A DNA stretch of 64,000 nucleotides from an uncultured bacterium (lineage in GTDB: Bacteria > Desulfobacterota_D > UBA1144 > Nemesobacterales > UBA2774), in the NCBI GenBank assembly GCA_963825135.1, contig CAWGRW010000009.1, positions 1,952,001 through 2,016,000 on the forward strand. The letters are read 5' to 3'. The translations under genes were made by a program, and so were the position numbers. This document shows, piece by piece, positions 11,050 to 21,572 of this stretch; the stretch's first letter is position 1, and each line of letters opens with the position of its first letter. Under the pieces are notes generated by a model. It searched no databases, had not been told where the DNA came from, and worked only from the letters and a program-made list of their open reading frames with translations.

Positions 11050-12252
11050 TTATTCGTATCTGAGGGCCTCGATCGGGTCGAGCTTCGATGCCTTCCGCGC
11101 GGGATAGATACCGAAAAATATACCGATCAGCGCGGCGAACCCGAAAGCCAAAAGTATGGATTCAGGCGATATCACGCTCTTCCATCCCGTCAGCGACGAG
11201 GCGATTTTCGAGCCCGCTATGCCTGACGCTATGCCGATCACTCCCCCGGTAAGCGAAAGCAGCACCGCCTCGATCAGGAACTGAACCATAATATCCTTTT
11301 CCTTGGCCCCGACGGCCATCCTGATGCCGATCTCCTTCGTCCTTTCCCCTACCGATACCAGCATGATGTTCATGATGCCGATACCGCCTACCACGAGCGA
11401 GATGGAGGCGATGCTCCCGAGCAGCACCGTCATGATATTCGAGATTGCGAATATCCTGTCTATCACCCCTAACTGGCTCTTGATATAAAAGTTGTCCTCT
11501 TCGTTTTTATCGATCTTGTGCCTTTCCCTGAGGAGGAGCTTGATTCGGGATTCCGCCGCCGGGATATCCCCGGGCGAGCTCACGGATACCGATATGGTCT
11601 CAAGCGCGTTTGATCCGAGTATCCTCTTCTGAAAGGTGGTATAGGGGATGAGCACCACGTCGTCCTGGTCCCGCCCGCCTGTCGTCTGACCGAGCGGGCT
11701 CATGACGCCTATCACGCTGAATGAATTTTTCCCGATCCTCACCGTCTGACCCACCGGGTCGCTGTATCCGAACAGGTTGGACACGACCGTCCTTCCCAGA
11801 ACGCAGACATTGGCCATCCTCGCCGTGTCCTCGTTGTTGAAAAAGACCCCGTTGTCGGGATACCAGTCGTTTATATAAACGAAATCGGGGCTCGTTCCCG
11901 CGATCACCGTAAACCAGTTTCTGTTCCCCCATACCACCTGTTCCGGGGCGTCGAGCATCGGAGATACGTATTTTACGATGTCGAGCTGCCTGATGGCTTC
12001 GGCATCGCCGGACGTAAGGTCGATCGCGCTTTCCTGTACTCCCACGCCCCTCTTCCCGGGGCTGATAAATAGCGACTTTCCGCCGAGGCTCGTCAGCTGC
12101 TCCTCTATCATCTTGTTCGCGCCGCGCGTGAGGGAAACGAGCGATATGACCGCGGCGACGCCGATAATGATGCCGAGAGTCGTAAGGATCGACCTCACCT
12201 TGTTCGATTTTATGGCTCTCGAAGAGACTTTTAGGGCTGCGAGGAAATTCAT
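11050..12252 (-). CDS. MacB-family ABC transporter permease
   Basis: RSILTTLGIIIGV, GGIGIMNIMLVSV.ERTKEIGIRMAVGA, PARKASKLDPIEALRYE. Confidence 0.95.
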   Translation of the reverse strand: MNFLAALKVSSRAIKSNKVRSILTTLGIIIGVAAVISLVSLTRGANKMIEEQLTSLGGKSLFISPGKRGVGVQESAIDLTSGDAEAIRQLDIVKYVSPMLDAPEQVVWGNRNWFTVIAGTSPDFVYINDWYPDNGVFFNNEDTARMANVCVLGRTVVSNLFGYSDPVGQTVRIGKNSFSVIGVMSPLGQTTGGRDQDDVVLIPYTTFQKRILGSNALETISVSVSSPGDIPAAESRIKLLLRERHKIDKNEEDNFYIKSQLGVIDRIFAISNIMTVLLGSIASISLVVGGIGIMNIMLVSVGERTKEIGIRMAVGAKEKDIMVQFLIEAVLLSLTGGVIGIASGIAGSKIASSLTGWKSVISPESILLAFGFAALIGIFFGIYPARKASKLDPIEALRYE

Positions 12253-12974
12253 GTGAGCGTAGTCGTGGCGGATTTCGTTTCAGGGTTTTTATTGCTTTTT
12301 TGTTCCGTTATGGAGCCGTCTTTGAATACGATGGTCCGCTCCGCGTTTTCGGCTATATCGGGCTCGTGAGTGATAATGATAATGGTCTTACCCTGTTCGT
12401 TTAGCGATTTGAAGATATCCATTATCTCGGAGCTTATAACGGTGTCGAGGTTCCCCGTGGGCTCGTCCGCCAGTATCATGCTCGGGTCGTTCACTATCGC
12501 CCGCGCTATGGCGACGCGCTGCTGCTGGCCCCCCGAGAGCTGGGACGGGAAGTGCTTCTCCCTGCCGCCGAGCCCCACCCTGGAAAGCGCATCATAGGCA
12601 AGCTCGGTCCTCTTTCGGGACGGGGTGTTTTTATAGATCAACGGCAGCTCCACGTTCTCGACGGCTGTAGTCCTCGCCAGGAGATTAAAGCTCTGGAACA
12701 CGAACCCGATCTTGCTGTTCCTTATTCCGGCAAGCTCGTCCTTATCCATGTCCGAGACTTTACTTCCGTCGAGGTAATAGTTTCCGCTCGTCGGCTTGTC
12801 GAGGCATCCCAGGATGTTCATGAACGTGCTCTTTCCCGATCCCGACGCCCCCATTATCGATACGAATTCCCCCTCCCTGATATCGACGGAGACGCCCCTT
12901 AAGGCGTGGACCTCCGTATCGCCGAGCTTATAGACCTTGTGTATGTCCTTCGTGACGATGACGTTCCCGCTCAT
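12249..12974 (-). CDS. ABC transporter ATP-binding protein (MacB/LolD type)
   Basis: [33 protein letters not shown]. Confidence 0.95.
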   Translation of the reverse strand: MSGNVIVTKDIHKVYKLGDTEVHALRGVSVDIREGEFVSIMGASGSGKSTFMNILGCLDKPTSGNYYLDGSKVSDMDKDELAGIRNSKIGFVFQSFNLLARTTAVENVELPLIYKNTPSRKRTELAYDALSRVGLGGREKHFPSQLSGGQQQRVAIARAIVNDPSMILADEPTGNLDTVISSEIMDIFKSLNEQGKTIIIITHEPDIAENAERTIVFKDGSITEQKSNKNPETKSATTTLT

Positions 12975-12977
12975 CCC

Positions 12978-14126
12978 TCAGAACCTCCTCGGCTGCGGGA
13001 GGTACGAGGAGCCGCCGTCAGATTTTTGGCCAGAGACGGCTTCGATTATTACCTCCTGTCCTTCCTTCAAATCCCCGTCCAGTATCTCGGTGTATATGTC
13101 GTCGCTTACCCCAGGTTTTACCCTGAGCGCCCCTATCTGCCCGCTCCTGAGCGGTATCCATACGTACGAATTACCGGAGAGCTCATCAGGCTTTTCCTTT
13201 ATATCCGCGGAAGAGGGGGGTATGAACCTCAGGGCCGAAGTGGGCACCCTGAGCACGTCCTTTTTATCCGCGACGACGATCTTTACCTCGGCCGTCATCC
13301 CCGGTTTTAACTTGCTGTCTTTGTTCTCCGTGAGCACGACGACGTTATAAGTAACCACGTTGTTATCGACAATCGGGTCGTTCCTCACCTGGGACACGGT
13401 CCCTTCGAAGGTCTCTCCGGGGTACGCGTCCACCTTGAAATAGGCTTTCTGGTCGCCTACGAGCTTTCCGATGTCGGCCTCGCTCACTTTCGTATCGATT
13501 TTCATGTCGGCTAGGTCGCTCGATATCACGAACAGGGCTTTACCGCCCGGGGCGACCGTTTCCCCCGTGTCGATGTTTCTCGCCAGGACCATGCCGTCCA
13601 TGGGGGATCTGATTACCGTGTTCTTCAGATTCGATTCCGCGATCTCGAGGGCGACTTTGGTCTGGTCGAAAGCCGCGAGAGCCGAAGTGTATTTGGACTC
13701 GGAGTCATCATATTCCTCTTTCGGTATGAGCCTCTTTTCGTAGAGCTCCTTATTGGCTTTGTAGAGAGAGCTCGCGATGCCGAGGTCCGCCTGAGCTTTT
13801 TTGCTTTCGGCCTCCGCCCTCTTGAGCTCGGTCTTAAGCGGGGCCGGGTCTATCTCGGCGAGCGGGTCTCCTTTCTTCACCCGGGCGTTGAAGTCGGCGT
13901 AGATTTTGTCCACCGTCCCCTGTACATGAGAGCCCACGTTTATTGTAGTAAGCGGGTTCAGCGTCCCCGTTGCGGTTATCAGTGATATCACGTCGTTCCT
14001 GTCGGCCTCGGCTGTCCTGTACGTGATACGGGCATCGTTCCTCGCGAGGAATCTGGGTACGAGAAATATCCCGAGTATCAGGATTACTATGAGTCCCGCA
14101 ATCGTCTTCTTATTTATCAACTTCAT
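12978..14126 (-). CDS. MacA-like periplasmic adaptor (membrane fusion protein)
   Basis: N-terminal TM, ATGTL...V.KGD.LAEID, IRSPMDG, VSEADIG, LKPGMTA. Confidence 0.92.
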   Translation of the reverse strand: MKLINKKTIAGLIVILILGIFLVPRFLARNDARITYRTAEADRNDVISLITATGTLNPLTTINVGSHVQGTVDKIYADFNARVKKGDPLAEIDPAPLKTELKRAEAESKKAQADLGIASSLYKANKELYEKRLIPKEEYDDSESKYTSALAAFDQTKVALEIAESNLKNTVIRSPMDGMVLARNIDTGETVAPGGKALFVISSDLADMKIDTKVSEADIGKLVGDQKAYFKVDAYPGETFEGTVSQVRNDPIVDNNVVTYNVVVLTENKDSKLKPGMTAEVKIVVADKKDVLRVPTSALRFIPPSSADIKEKPDELSGNSYVWIPLRSGQIGALRVKPGVSDDIYTEILDGDLKEGQEVIIEAVSGQKSDGGSSYLPQPRRF

Positions 14127-15351
14127 CCGTTCCGCCTATGGCGCGCTCGAGCCTCGCGGCCGTTATATTATAATTGTAAATAGCCTGCATGTATGCCGCC
14201 TTGCTCGACGCGTAGATGGATTCGGCCTCCGCGAGCTCCAGATCAGAGGCCCTTTCGAGCCTGTATCTTTCCTGCGCGAGATTGAAGCTCCGCTCGGCGG
14301 ATTCCCTGGTTTTCTCGGTTATCTGGATATTCTCTTCCGCGAGCCCGAGGTCGAGACTCAGCTTTTTGACCTCCGCCGTGATCTCCACTTTTGTAGTCTC
14401 GATCTCGGCCTGGGAACGAACGAGCTTGGCCTTGGCGTCCTGTATGTTGGCGAACCGCGAGAACCCCTCGAATATCGGGAACTGAAGTCCTACGCCCGCT
14501 ATAAAGCCGGGTGTCTCGGCTCCCTCTCCCTTGAACCTGTAGGCCGTCCTTCCGAAGATGAGGGGGTAGAATTCCTTCTTCGTCGCCGCGAGGTTCGCCT
14601 TCATGGAGGCTTCCTGCGCCTTTAGGCTCTTTATTTCGGGTCTCGTCTCGAGCGCCTGGTCCAGGGAGTCATCGAAGCTGACGTCCTTTTTTTCATACGC
14701 GAGAGAATCGACGAGCTCGAAGTTAAATTCACCCTCGAGTCCCATCGCCGTCATCAGACTGTCCTCGGCGATCTCGAGGTCGTTCCTCGCCGCGGCCAGG
14801 TCCATCTTCGAGTTGCCGAGGTCGACCTCTTCCTTCGTGACCTCTATCTGTGAGATCCTGCCGGCCTTATAGAACCCCTCCGCGCGCAGAAAACGCTTCT
14901 CCGCCTCCGCCACCTTTTTTTCATACGCCTCGGTGATGTGCATTTGAGAGAGTACGCCGTAGTAGCTCACTATCGTATTGAGCTTTATGTCTTCCCTCGT
15001 CGCCTGCCCCTGATATTTTGAGGACTCGAGCTGCGCCTTGCTCGACTTCACCTTGTTCGATGTCCGCCCGAAGTCCCATATCATCTGGTCGAGGAAGAAG
15101 CCCGATTCCCGTCCGACAAAGGGTACGATGAGCCTCGTGTAGATATCCGGATAGTAGGGCGCCTTCATATTCCTTACCAGGGCCCTAGATATCTCGATAT
15201 CCGCCTCGGAAATCGTGATACCCGGGTTTTTTTCGAGTGCCGTGTCTATGGCTTCTTCGAGGGTGAGAACACTTTTCCCCTGAGACCAGGCCGGGCTCAG
15301 GGCCGGGAGCAGCATGAAAATAATAATAATTCCCGAACGTATGGTCTTCAT
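14110..15351 (-). CDS. TolC-family outer membrane efflux protein
   Basis: Signal peptide from ATG 15351, LTLEEAIDTALEKNP, duplicated OEP helical pattern; first gene of the exporter operon. Confidence 0.9.
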   Translation of the reverse strand: MKTIRSGIIIIFMLLPALSPAWSQGKSVLTLEEAIDTALEKNPGITISEADIEISRALVRNMKAPYYPDIYTRLIVPFVGRESGFFLDQMIWDFGRTSNKVKSSKAQLESSKYQGQATREDIKLNTIVSYYGVLSQMHITEAYEKKVAEAEKRFLRAEGFYKAGRISQIEVTKEEVDLGNSKMDLAAARNDLEIAEDSLMTAMGLEGEFNFELVDSLAYEKKDVSFDDSLDQALETRPEIKSLKAQEASMKANLAATKKEFYPLIFGRTAYRFKGEGAETPGFIAGVGLQFPIFEGFSRFANIQDAKAKLVRSQAEIETTKVEITAEVKKLSLDLGLAEENIQITEKTRESAERSFNLAQERYRLERASDLELAEAESIYASSKAAYMQAIYNYNITAARLERAIGGTDEVDK

Positions 15352-15426
15352 ATCCTTAATAAAGCAATAATATGACTCTAAAACATATCCGTTGCAACAT
15401 CCCCGTTGTCCCCGTAAAATACCCAA

Positions 15427-16584
15427 ATGGCCTTCGGCGTTTACGTGCATATACCTTACTGCGTAAAAAAATGCCCCTACTGCGATTTTAATTCATGGGG
15501 TATTAAGGACAGCTTTCCCGAAACCGAGTACACGGAATCCCTCTTGAAGGAGCTTGAGTTCTACGCCGGGGACCTGGAAGGCCGCGCCCTTTCCACCGTC
15601 TTTTTTGGGGGCGGGACCCCTTCGCTTTTCGACCCCGGGAGCATCGACAGGATTTTATCCGCGATATATTCGATGACTGTGCCCGAGCGGGACGTTGAGG
15701 TGACGCTCGAGGTAAACCCGAAGACGGCGGACCTCGAAAAGCTCAGAGGCCTCCGCCGGGCGGGAGTGAACAGGATAAGCGTAGGGGTACAGTCTTTTTC
15801 CCGAAGGAAGCTCGAATTCCTGGGCAGGATAAACAGCCCCGAGGACGGCAGGCGGATTCTCGACGAGGTCGGCAGGGCCGGTTTCGATAACTATAATTTC
15901 GACCTGATGTACGGCACGCGCGGCGAGACGCTCGGGGAGTGGGAGGGCGATCTCGAGGAAGCGGTCGGCTTCGGATCGAGCCACATCTCGGCCTACTGTC
16001 TCACGATAGAGCCCGGCACGGAATTCGGCGCGCTCTTCAAAAAGGGGCTGCTCAGACTCCCGGGCGAGGGTTCTCTTTCCCGTTTTATCGGCTTCACGAC
16101 GGAGTACCTCGGCGCTTCCGGGTACGGGCAGTACGAGATTTCAAACTACGCGAGGCCCGGCCGCGAGAGCTCGCACAACCTTCTTTACTGGAGGGGGGAG
16201 AGTTATATCGGCATCGGAGCGGGCGCCCATTCGCATCTGAAAAGCGGGGAGGGGAGTCCGTGGGGTACCAGATGGGCAAACGTGAAACCCCCGGCATCAT
16301 ATATCAAGGCGGTCGGGGAGGGTAGAAAACCCGTGGATTTCACCGAGGTGCTGAGCAGGGAAGAGGCGGTAGAGGACCGGATAATCATGGGGTTCAGACT
16401 TAACGAGGGACTCGATATGCTGGGACTCAGGAATAATTACGGCGTCGCGCCCGATACAGGCCGCGTCGAGTCTCTGAGAGACGACGGTTTTGTAGAGGTG
16501 TCCGGCAATACGATCAGGCTCACGAAGAAGGGCACGCTTCTCTCAGACGAGATCATAGTCAGGCTCGTGAGTTCCCTCGGATAG
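15427..16584 (+). CDS. hemW: Radical SAM heme chaperone HemW
   Basis: YVHIPYC..KCPYCDF, FGGGTPS, YEISNYA, HNLLYW. Confidence 0.92.
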   Translation: MAFGVYVHIPYCVKKCPYCDFNSWGIKDSFPETEYTESLLKELEFYAGDLEGRALSTVFFGGGTPSLFDPGSIDRILSAIYSMTVPERDVEVTLEVNPKTADLEKLRGLRRAGVNRISVGVQSFSRRKLEFLGRINSPEDGRRILDEVGRAGFDNYNFDLMYGTRGETLGEWEGDLEEAVGFGSSHISAYCLTIEPGTEFGALFKKGLLRLPGEGSLSRFIGFTTEYLGASGYGQYEISNYARPGRESSHNLLYWRGESYIGIGAGAHSHLKSGEGSPWGTRWANVKPPASYIKAVGEGRKPVDFTEVLSREEAVEDRIIMGFRLNEGLDMLGLRNNYGVAPDTGRVESLRDDGFVEVSGNTIRLTKKGTLLSDEIIVRLVSSLG

Positions 16585-16590
16585 AGCGGG

Positions 16591-17046
16591 TCACCCTTTT
16601 TTGAGGTTATGCCTGACCCCCCCGAGTTCTATAACATAATCGCTCCCTTCCTTCCGGACGTATTTCATGAGCTCATAGTAGGCCGGGCTTAAAAGCCTCG
16701 CCTCGAACCTGTTGTTTTTTACTCTCACATACGGTACGTTCTCACCGCTCAGACGGAGGCTCCCGAGATCGAGCGTTTCTTCGGTCCCGTCGTTGAGCTT
16801 GACGTAGATGTCCTCGCCCCTCCTGTCGATCATCTTCACCACATATGGAGTGTCCTCGACCTCCACGTAGAGCCTTCCGCTGCCCTCGTCGACAAAGAAC
16901 CTTCCCTCCTCGTCCATATCGAGGAGCCTGTTGTTGTAGAGGTATGTCCCCCTGTGCCTTATCCTTATCCCGTCCTGAAACCAGTTCCCCTTCTTGTCTA
17001 TGAAGAACCTGTATTCCGTATCCCCGCGCTCTCGTTTCCCTGACAT
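16591..17046 (-). CDS. DUF1285-like hypothetical protein
   Basis: IDKKGNWFQDG, VEVEDTPYVV, PYVRV...EARL..PAYYEL pattern. Confidence 0.7.
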   Translation of the reverse strand: MSGKRERGDTEYRFFIDKKGNWFQDGIRIRHRGTYLYNNRLLDMDEEGRFFVDEGSGRLYVEVEDTPYVVKMIDRRGEDIYVKLNDGTEETLDLGSLRLSGENVPYVRVKNNRFEARLLSPAYYELMKYVRKEGSDYVIELGGVRHNLKKG

Positions 17047-17089
17047 GGTATCTATTATAACGGGCTCCGGTCGGACAATCCCCGGGCTC

Positions 17090-17503
17090 TCATTCCCCCA
17101 TCACCTTTACTATCACCCTTTTCCTCCTTCCGCCGTCGAATTCCGCGTAAAATACCTTCTGCCAGGGCCCGAGGTCCAGGTCCCCCTTCGTAATCGGGAG
17201 TATGACCTGATGGTGCATTATCAGGTTCTTGAGATGCGCGTCCCCGTTGTCCTCGCCCGTTCTGTGGTGCCTGTAATCTTCCCTGTACGGGGCGAGGTGT
17301 TCGAGCCATTCCCAAATGTCTTCTATGAGCCCGCCCTCGAGGTCGTTTACGTACACGGCCGCCGTTATGTGCATCGCGGATACGAGCGCGAGCCCCTCCT
17401 TTACGCCGCTCTTTTTGACTATACCCCTTACCGTGTCCGTGATGTGCACCATCTCCCTCCTCTCTTTCGTATCGAACCATAGGTACTCGGTCAGGCTTTT
17501 CAT
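17090..17503 (-). CDS. yjbQ: YjbQ / UPF0047 family protein
   Basis: [41 protein letters not shown]. Confidence 0.92.
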   Translation of the reverse strand: MKSLTEYLWFDTKERREMVHITDTVRGIVKKSGVKEGLALVSAMHITAAVYVNDLEGGLIEDIWEWLEHLAPYREDYRHHRTGEDNGDAHLKNLIMHHQVILPITKGDLDLGPWQKVFYAEFDGGRRKRVIVKVMGE

Positions 17504-17644
17504 CTTCTCCTCCTTCGTGGCTTCAATCGCTGCGGTAATTCAACCTCTTATTACTAAGATTAGCGCACGGAGGGCGGCATGCAACAAAGCGCATTGGGTT
17601 TGTAGTATCATATCGGGTGAAATTCTTACTGATACGGAGATACG

Positions 17645-17947
17645 ATGATGATTATCGAGTTGAGCGTTATTCCAATCGGGGTCGGTACCTCGCTCTCGGA
17701 ATATGTGGCGGAGGTGATGAGGGTCATCGAATCGAGCGGCCTCAGGTATGAGTCCCATTCCATGGGGACCAATATCGAGTGCGGGTGGGACGACATCACG
17801 CCGCTCGTGAGGAGGTGCCACGAAGCGCTCCGGGCCATGGGTGTCGAGCGTATAAGCACTTCGGTCAGGATAAGCGAGAGGACCGACAAGCCCTATACGA
17901 TCGAAGGGAAAATGAAGAGCCTCGGCGAGAAGCTCAATAACGGCTAA
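17645..17947 (+). CDS. MTH1187/YkoF thiamine-binding family protein
   Basis: SVIPIGVGTSLSEYVA, MGTNIE, ERTDK. Confidence 0.88.
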   Translation: MMIIELSVIPIGVGTSLSEYVAEVMRVIESSGLRYESHSMGTNIECGWDDITPLVRRCHEALRAMGVERISTSVRISERTDKPYTIEGKMKSLGEKLNNG

Positions 17948-18015
17948 TCCGCACGCGGTGTGTGCTTCTACGATCCTTCCGAATCTCTTCCTCTCAGCCG
18001 GCAACGAAGCCAAGC

Positions 18016-18050
18016 CCCTTCGTCCTGAGCCTGTCGAAGGTTTGAACGGG
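18016..18050 (+). repeat. REP-like palindrome (CCCTTCGTCCTGAGCCTGTCGAAGG...)
   Basis: CCTTCG...CGAAGG stem with CGTC tag, intergenic. Confidence 0.55.
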
Positions 18051-18128
18051 TGACACTCCCGTATGTGCGCTCCGACCTGCCGCCCGCGTCCTTGACTCCC
18101 CTCTATATTTGCGGTTTATACTTTCTCC

Positions 18129-19232
18129 GTGCCGGAAGAAGCCAGATACTGGATCGCGCTCAGCTTCGTGAACGGGCTCGGGGACGTCCTCATAAAAAAC
18201 CTCTTTTCCGAATTCAGGAATGTGGAGGACGTTTTCAAGGCTTCGTTGAAAAAACTCGCCGACGTAGACGGCGTCACCGAGAAGATAGCCCTGGCCATCA
18301 AAGGTTTTGACGAATGGGACAGGGTGGATGAGGAGATCGAAAAGATAAAGAAATCCGGGTTCGGGTTTCTCCCCCTGAACGACCCCCTTTATCCCGATCA
18401 ACTGCTCCATATATACAACCCGCCCTCCTTCCTGCTGATGAACGGGAAGATGCTCCCGCGCGACAGGGTCTCGATAGCGATAGTCGGGTCGAGGGTCCCC
18501 GACAGGTACGGACGGCTCGTTACGGAGGCCCTCTCCGGGGAGCTCGCCGCCCTCGGCGTGACGATTGTGAGCGGCATGGCGAGGGGCATAGATTCCATGG
18601 CCCAGGAAGAGGCGCTAAAGAGGGGAGGGCGCACCATAGCGGTGCTTGGCTCAGGCATAGACGTCGTCTACCCTCCGGAGAACAAGAAGCTCTACCGGGA
18701 TATTTCCGAAAACGGCGCGGTCCTTTCCGAATTCCTCATCGGTACTCCCCCCCTCGCCCAGAACTTTCCCAGGCGGAACAGAATTATAAGCGCCATCTCT
18801 CTCGGGGTGGTCGTCGTACAGGCGTCCGACAGGAGCGGCTCCCTCATTAGCGCGTCCTTCGCGCTCGACCAGAATAAAGAAGTATTCGCCGTTCCGGGGA
18901 ATGTGGACAGGAAGCTTTCCAGGGGTACGAACTGGCTAATCAAGAAGGGCGCCAAGCTGGTCGAGACCGTCGATGATATTTTGAATGAAATCGAGGTCTT
19001 GAGAGGCTTGAAGGGGGGCGATTCACCGGAATTGTTCGAACAGGCCCTTTCTGCCCTATCCGAGAGAGAGAGGGCGGTGTATTCCGTTCTCGGCCGCGAG
19101 CCCGTGCACGTCGATGAAATAATAAAGCTCACTGGGCTTGAAACCTCGAACGTTCTTTCACTCCTCCTTTCGCTTGAGTTAAACGGTTTTATCGCCCAGC
19201 ACCCGGGTAAGCTCTTCCGCAGAAGGGTATAG
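18129..19232 (+). CDS. dprA: DNA-processing protein DprA
   Basis: IAIVGSR, IVSGMARGID, FPRRNRIIS, VFAVPG; C-terminal winged helix. Confidence 0.96.
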   Translation: MPEEARYWIALSFVNGLGDVLIKNLFSEFRNVEDVFKASLKKLADVDGVTEKIALAIKGFDEWDRVDEEIEKIKKSGFGFLPLNDPLYPDQLLHIYNPPSFLLMNGKMLPRDRVSIAIVGSRVPDRYGRLVTEALSGELAALGVTIVSGMARGIDSMAQEEALKRGGRTIAVLGSGIDVVYPPENKKLYRDISENGAVLSEFLIGTPPLAQNFPRRNRIISAISLGVVVVQASDRSGSLISASFALDQNKEVFAVPGNVDRKLSRGTNWLIKKGAKLVETVDDILNEIEVLRGLKGGDSPELFEQALSALSERERAVYSVLGREPVHVDEIIKLTGLETSNVLSLLLSLELNGFIAQHPGKLFRRRV

Positions 19233-19245
19233 TTTTCGTCCGCTT

Positions 19246-19314
19246 ACTTTAGTCCTAAGCTCTTTATAACCAAAGTATGTTGACAATCTAAGACTTTGGT
19301 ATTGTAATTATAAT
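19246..19314 (+). promoter_or_regulatory. Promoter with TTGACA bracketed by the inverted repeat ACCAAAGT/ACTTTGGT, plus an extra ACTTTAGT copy
   Basis: TTGACA 19280-19285; repeat halves at 19269-19276 and 19293-19300; third half-site at 19246-19253. Confidence 0.55.
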
Positions 19315-19400
19315 AAAAACATAAGTATTATTAACCCTTCCGGGGAATTTAACCGGATACGGAAAGGCGGCGGATTCAGCGCCGGGGACGGCAGGAGAGG

Positions 19401-20084
19401 ATGTCACAGCCAAAAGCGGTACCCACGAACAGTACTGATCCTGTGAGGACGATCGTCGCATGTCATTTCCCTCTTCTGAGGGAGGGCATATCCAAGATCC
19501 TCGAGGACAGTGAGAATATCGAGGTTGTCGCGAAGGTTTCGAACCTCATCGACCTCATTCAATCCTGCGAGGAGCATGAATTCGATATACTGCTCCTGGA
19601 CGTCGACCTCCGGGGCCTCAACCTCACGAGGATACTGAGCCTCATTAAAAAGAACAAAGTCGCGAAGCTAATCCTCATAATAGACAACGACTACAACGAA
19701 AACCTCCTCATAAACGCTATCAGGTCGGGCGTGAGGGGCTACCTCGTAAAGGACACCGACTCGAAGCATCTGATAAAATCTATCGCCGCCGTCCAGAGCG
19801 GCGAGCTCTGGGTGGAGAGAAAGCTCATGGGCAAGGTGCTTGACGGCTCCGCATACCCCGCAAAAACAATAAGGGGCAAGGGGGAGATCTACGATCTCAC
19901 GGAAACGGAAATAAAAATAATTAAGCTCGTTCTAAACGGCTACACGAACAAGAGCGTAGCCGATGAGCTTTATATAAGCGAGAAGACTGTAAAATTTCAT
20001 CTCTACAAGGTATTCAAAAAGCTAAAAGTTAAAAGCAGGTCGGAGCTCATTCTGTTCGGATTCCGCCACGGCCTCGTCAGTTAA
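19401..20084 (+). CDS. NarL/LuxR-family response regulator with atypical receiver
   Basis: Receiver domain (DILLLD, GVRGYLVK) lacking the N-terminal acidic pair; HTH LTETE...ISEKTVKFHL. Confidence 0.9.
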   Translation: MSQPKAVPTNSTDPVRTIVACHFPLLREGISKILEDSENIEVVAKVSNLIDLIQSCEEHEFDILLLDVDLRGLNLTRILSLIKKNKVAKLILIIDNDYNENLLINAIRSGVRGYLVKDTDSKHLIKSIAAVQSGELWVERKLMGKVLDGSAYPAKTIRGKGEIYDLTETEIKIIKLVLNGYTNKSVADELYISEKTVKFHLYKVFKKLKVKSRSELILFGFRHGLVS

Positions 20085-20258
20085 CGGAACCCGTATCCAC
20101 GGCGCAGCCGGCTTGGTTATTTCGCCGCCCGACATTGATTAACGCAGGAATTGGAACTAAATTTAAAGCCCTGACGGGTACGGTAAAAAACAATTCCCGA
20201 TAATAAGATAATAAGTTGCTTGCAGAATTCTTCCCAATTCGCGTAAGGAGCATTCGGC

Positions 20259-21572
20259 ATGAATTTAAGTGTCATCGGTACCGGTTATGTGGGGCTTGTC
20301 ACGGGGGCTTGTCTCGCCGGCAGCGGCAATAACGTAATCTGCGTGGATATCGACGAGGAGAAGGTCAAGGGTCTCAAAGAGGGACATGTGCCCTTTTATG
20401 AGCCCGGCCTCGAGGAAATCGTTAAAAAGAACCTCCGTGAGGAGCGTCTCCATTTTACGACCGATATAGGCTATGCGATAAAGAACTCCTTCATCATCCT
20501 CATCGCGGTCGGGACGCCGCCCAATCATGACGGCTCGGCGAATATGGACGCGGTACTGAGCGTCGCGAGGTCGATTGCCGGGCACATGGACGACTACAAG
20601 ATTATCGTTACAAAGAGCACCGTGCCGGTAGGCACGACGGAGATGATACGCGACGAAATCAGGAAGCTGACCGACATCGAATTCGACGTCGCGTCCAACC
20701 CCGAGTTCCTGAAGGAAGGGGATGCGGTGGAAGACTTCATGAAGCCTGACAGGCTAATTATAGGCGTCGATAAGCCCGCCGTCGGGGGGATATTGAAGGA
20801 GCTCTATTCGGCCTTCATGCGTTCGAGCGACAGGGCAATAGTCGTATCGATAAGGTCATCAGAGCTTGCGAAATACACCGCGAACGCGATGCTGGCCACG
20901 AGGATATCCTTCATGAACGACATAGCCAATCTGTGCGAGCTCGTAGGGGCCGATATTTCCGAAGTCAGGGTGGCGATAGGGTCGGACACCAGGATCGGTC
21001 GTCATTTCCTCTTCCCCGGCATCGGCTACGGCGGCTCATGCTTCCCGAAAGACGTAAAGGCGCTGATAAGCACGGCAAAGGGATTCGGCTACGACCTCAA
21101 GGTCTGCAGGGCTGCCGACGAGGTGAACACCAGGCAGAGAGAGCTCTTCTGGGGCAAGATAACGGGCTACTTCAAGGGCGGAATAAAGGGCAAGAGAGTG
21201 GGGGTCTGGGGTATATCCTTTAAACCGGAAACGGACGATATAAGGGAGGCCCCGTCCCTGTACATCATCGACAAACTGATTTCGGGGGGCGCGGAGGTAG
21301 TCGTCCACGACCCCGTGGCCATGGATAACGCTAAAAGGCATTTCGGGGAAAAGGTGCATTACGGCGCGTCCAACTACGACGCCTGCAGGGGGTCTCACGC
21401 GCTTGTAATCAATACGGAGTGGAACGAATACAGGCAGCCCGACTTTATCAAGATGAAGGAGCTTATGAAGGACTGCGTTATATTCGACGGCAGGAATCTA
21501 TACGATCCGGTGAGGCTCGAAAAGTCGGGTTTTAAATATTTCGGCGTGGGGATCGGCGCTCCCCGCGGTTAA
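20259..21572 (+). CDS. ugd: UDP-glucose 6-dehydrogenase
   Basis: GTGYVGL, KSTVPVGT, SNPEFLKEG, GYGGSCFPKD. Confidence 0.95.
   Translation: MNLSVIGTGYVGLVTGACLAGSGNNVICVDIDEEKVKGLKEGHVPFYEPGLEEIVKKNLREERLHFTTDIGYAIKNSFIILIAVGTPPNHDGSANMDAVLSVARSIAGHMDDYKIIVTKSTVPVGTTEMIRDEIRKLTDIEFDVASNPEFLKEGDAVEDFMKPDRLIIGVDKPAVGGILKELYSAFMRSSDRAIVVSIRSSELAKYTANAMLATRISFMNDIANLCELVGADISEVRVAIGSDTRIGRHFLFPGIGYGGSCFPKDVKALISTAKGFGYDLKVCRAADEVNTRQRELFWGKITGYFKGGIKGKRVGVWGISFKPETDDIREAPSLYIIDKLISGGAEVVVHDPVAMDNAKRHFGEKVHYGASNYDACRGSHALVINTEWNEYRQPDFIKMKELMKDCVIFDGRNLYDPVRLEKSGFKYFGVGIGAPRG

Noticed and set aside
19330..19400. Hairpin in the leader of the LuxR gene as a c-di-GMP riboswitch
   Set aside because: I could not find the GEMM tetraloop/receptor or class II features.
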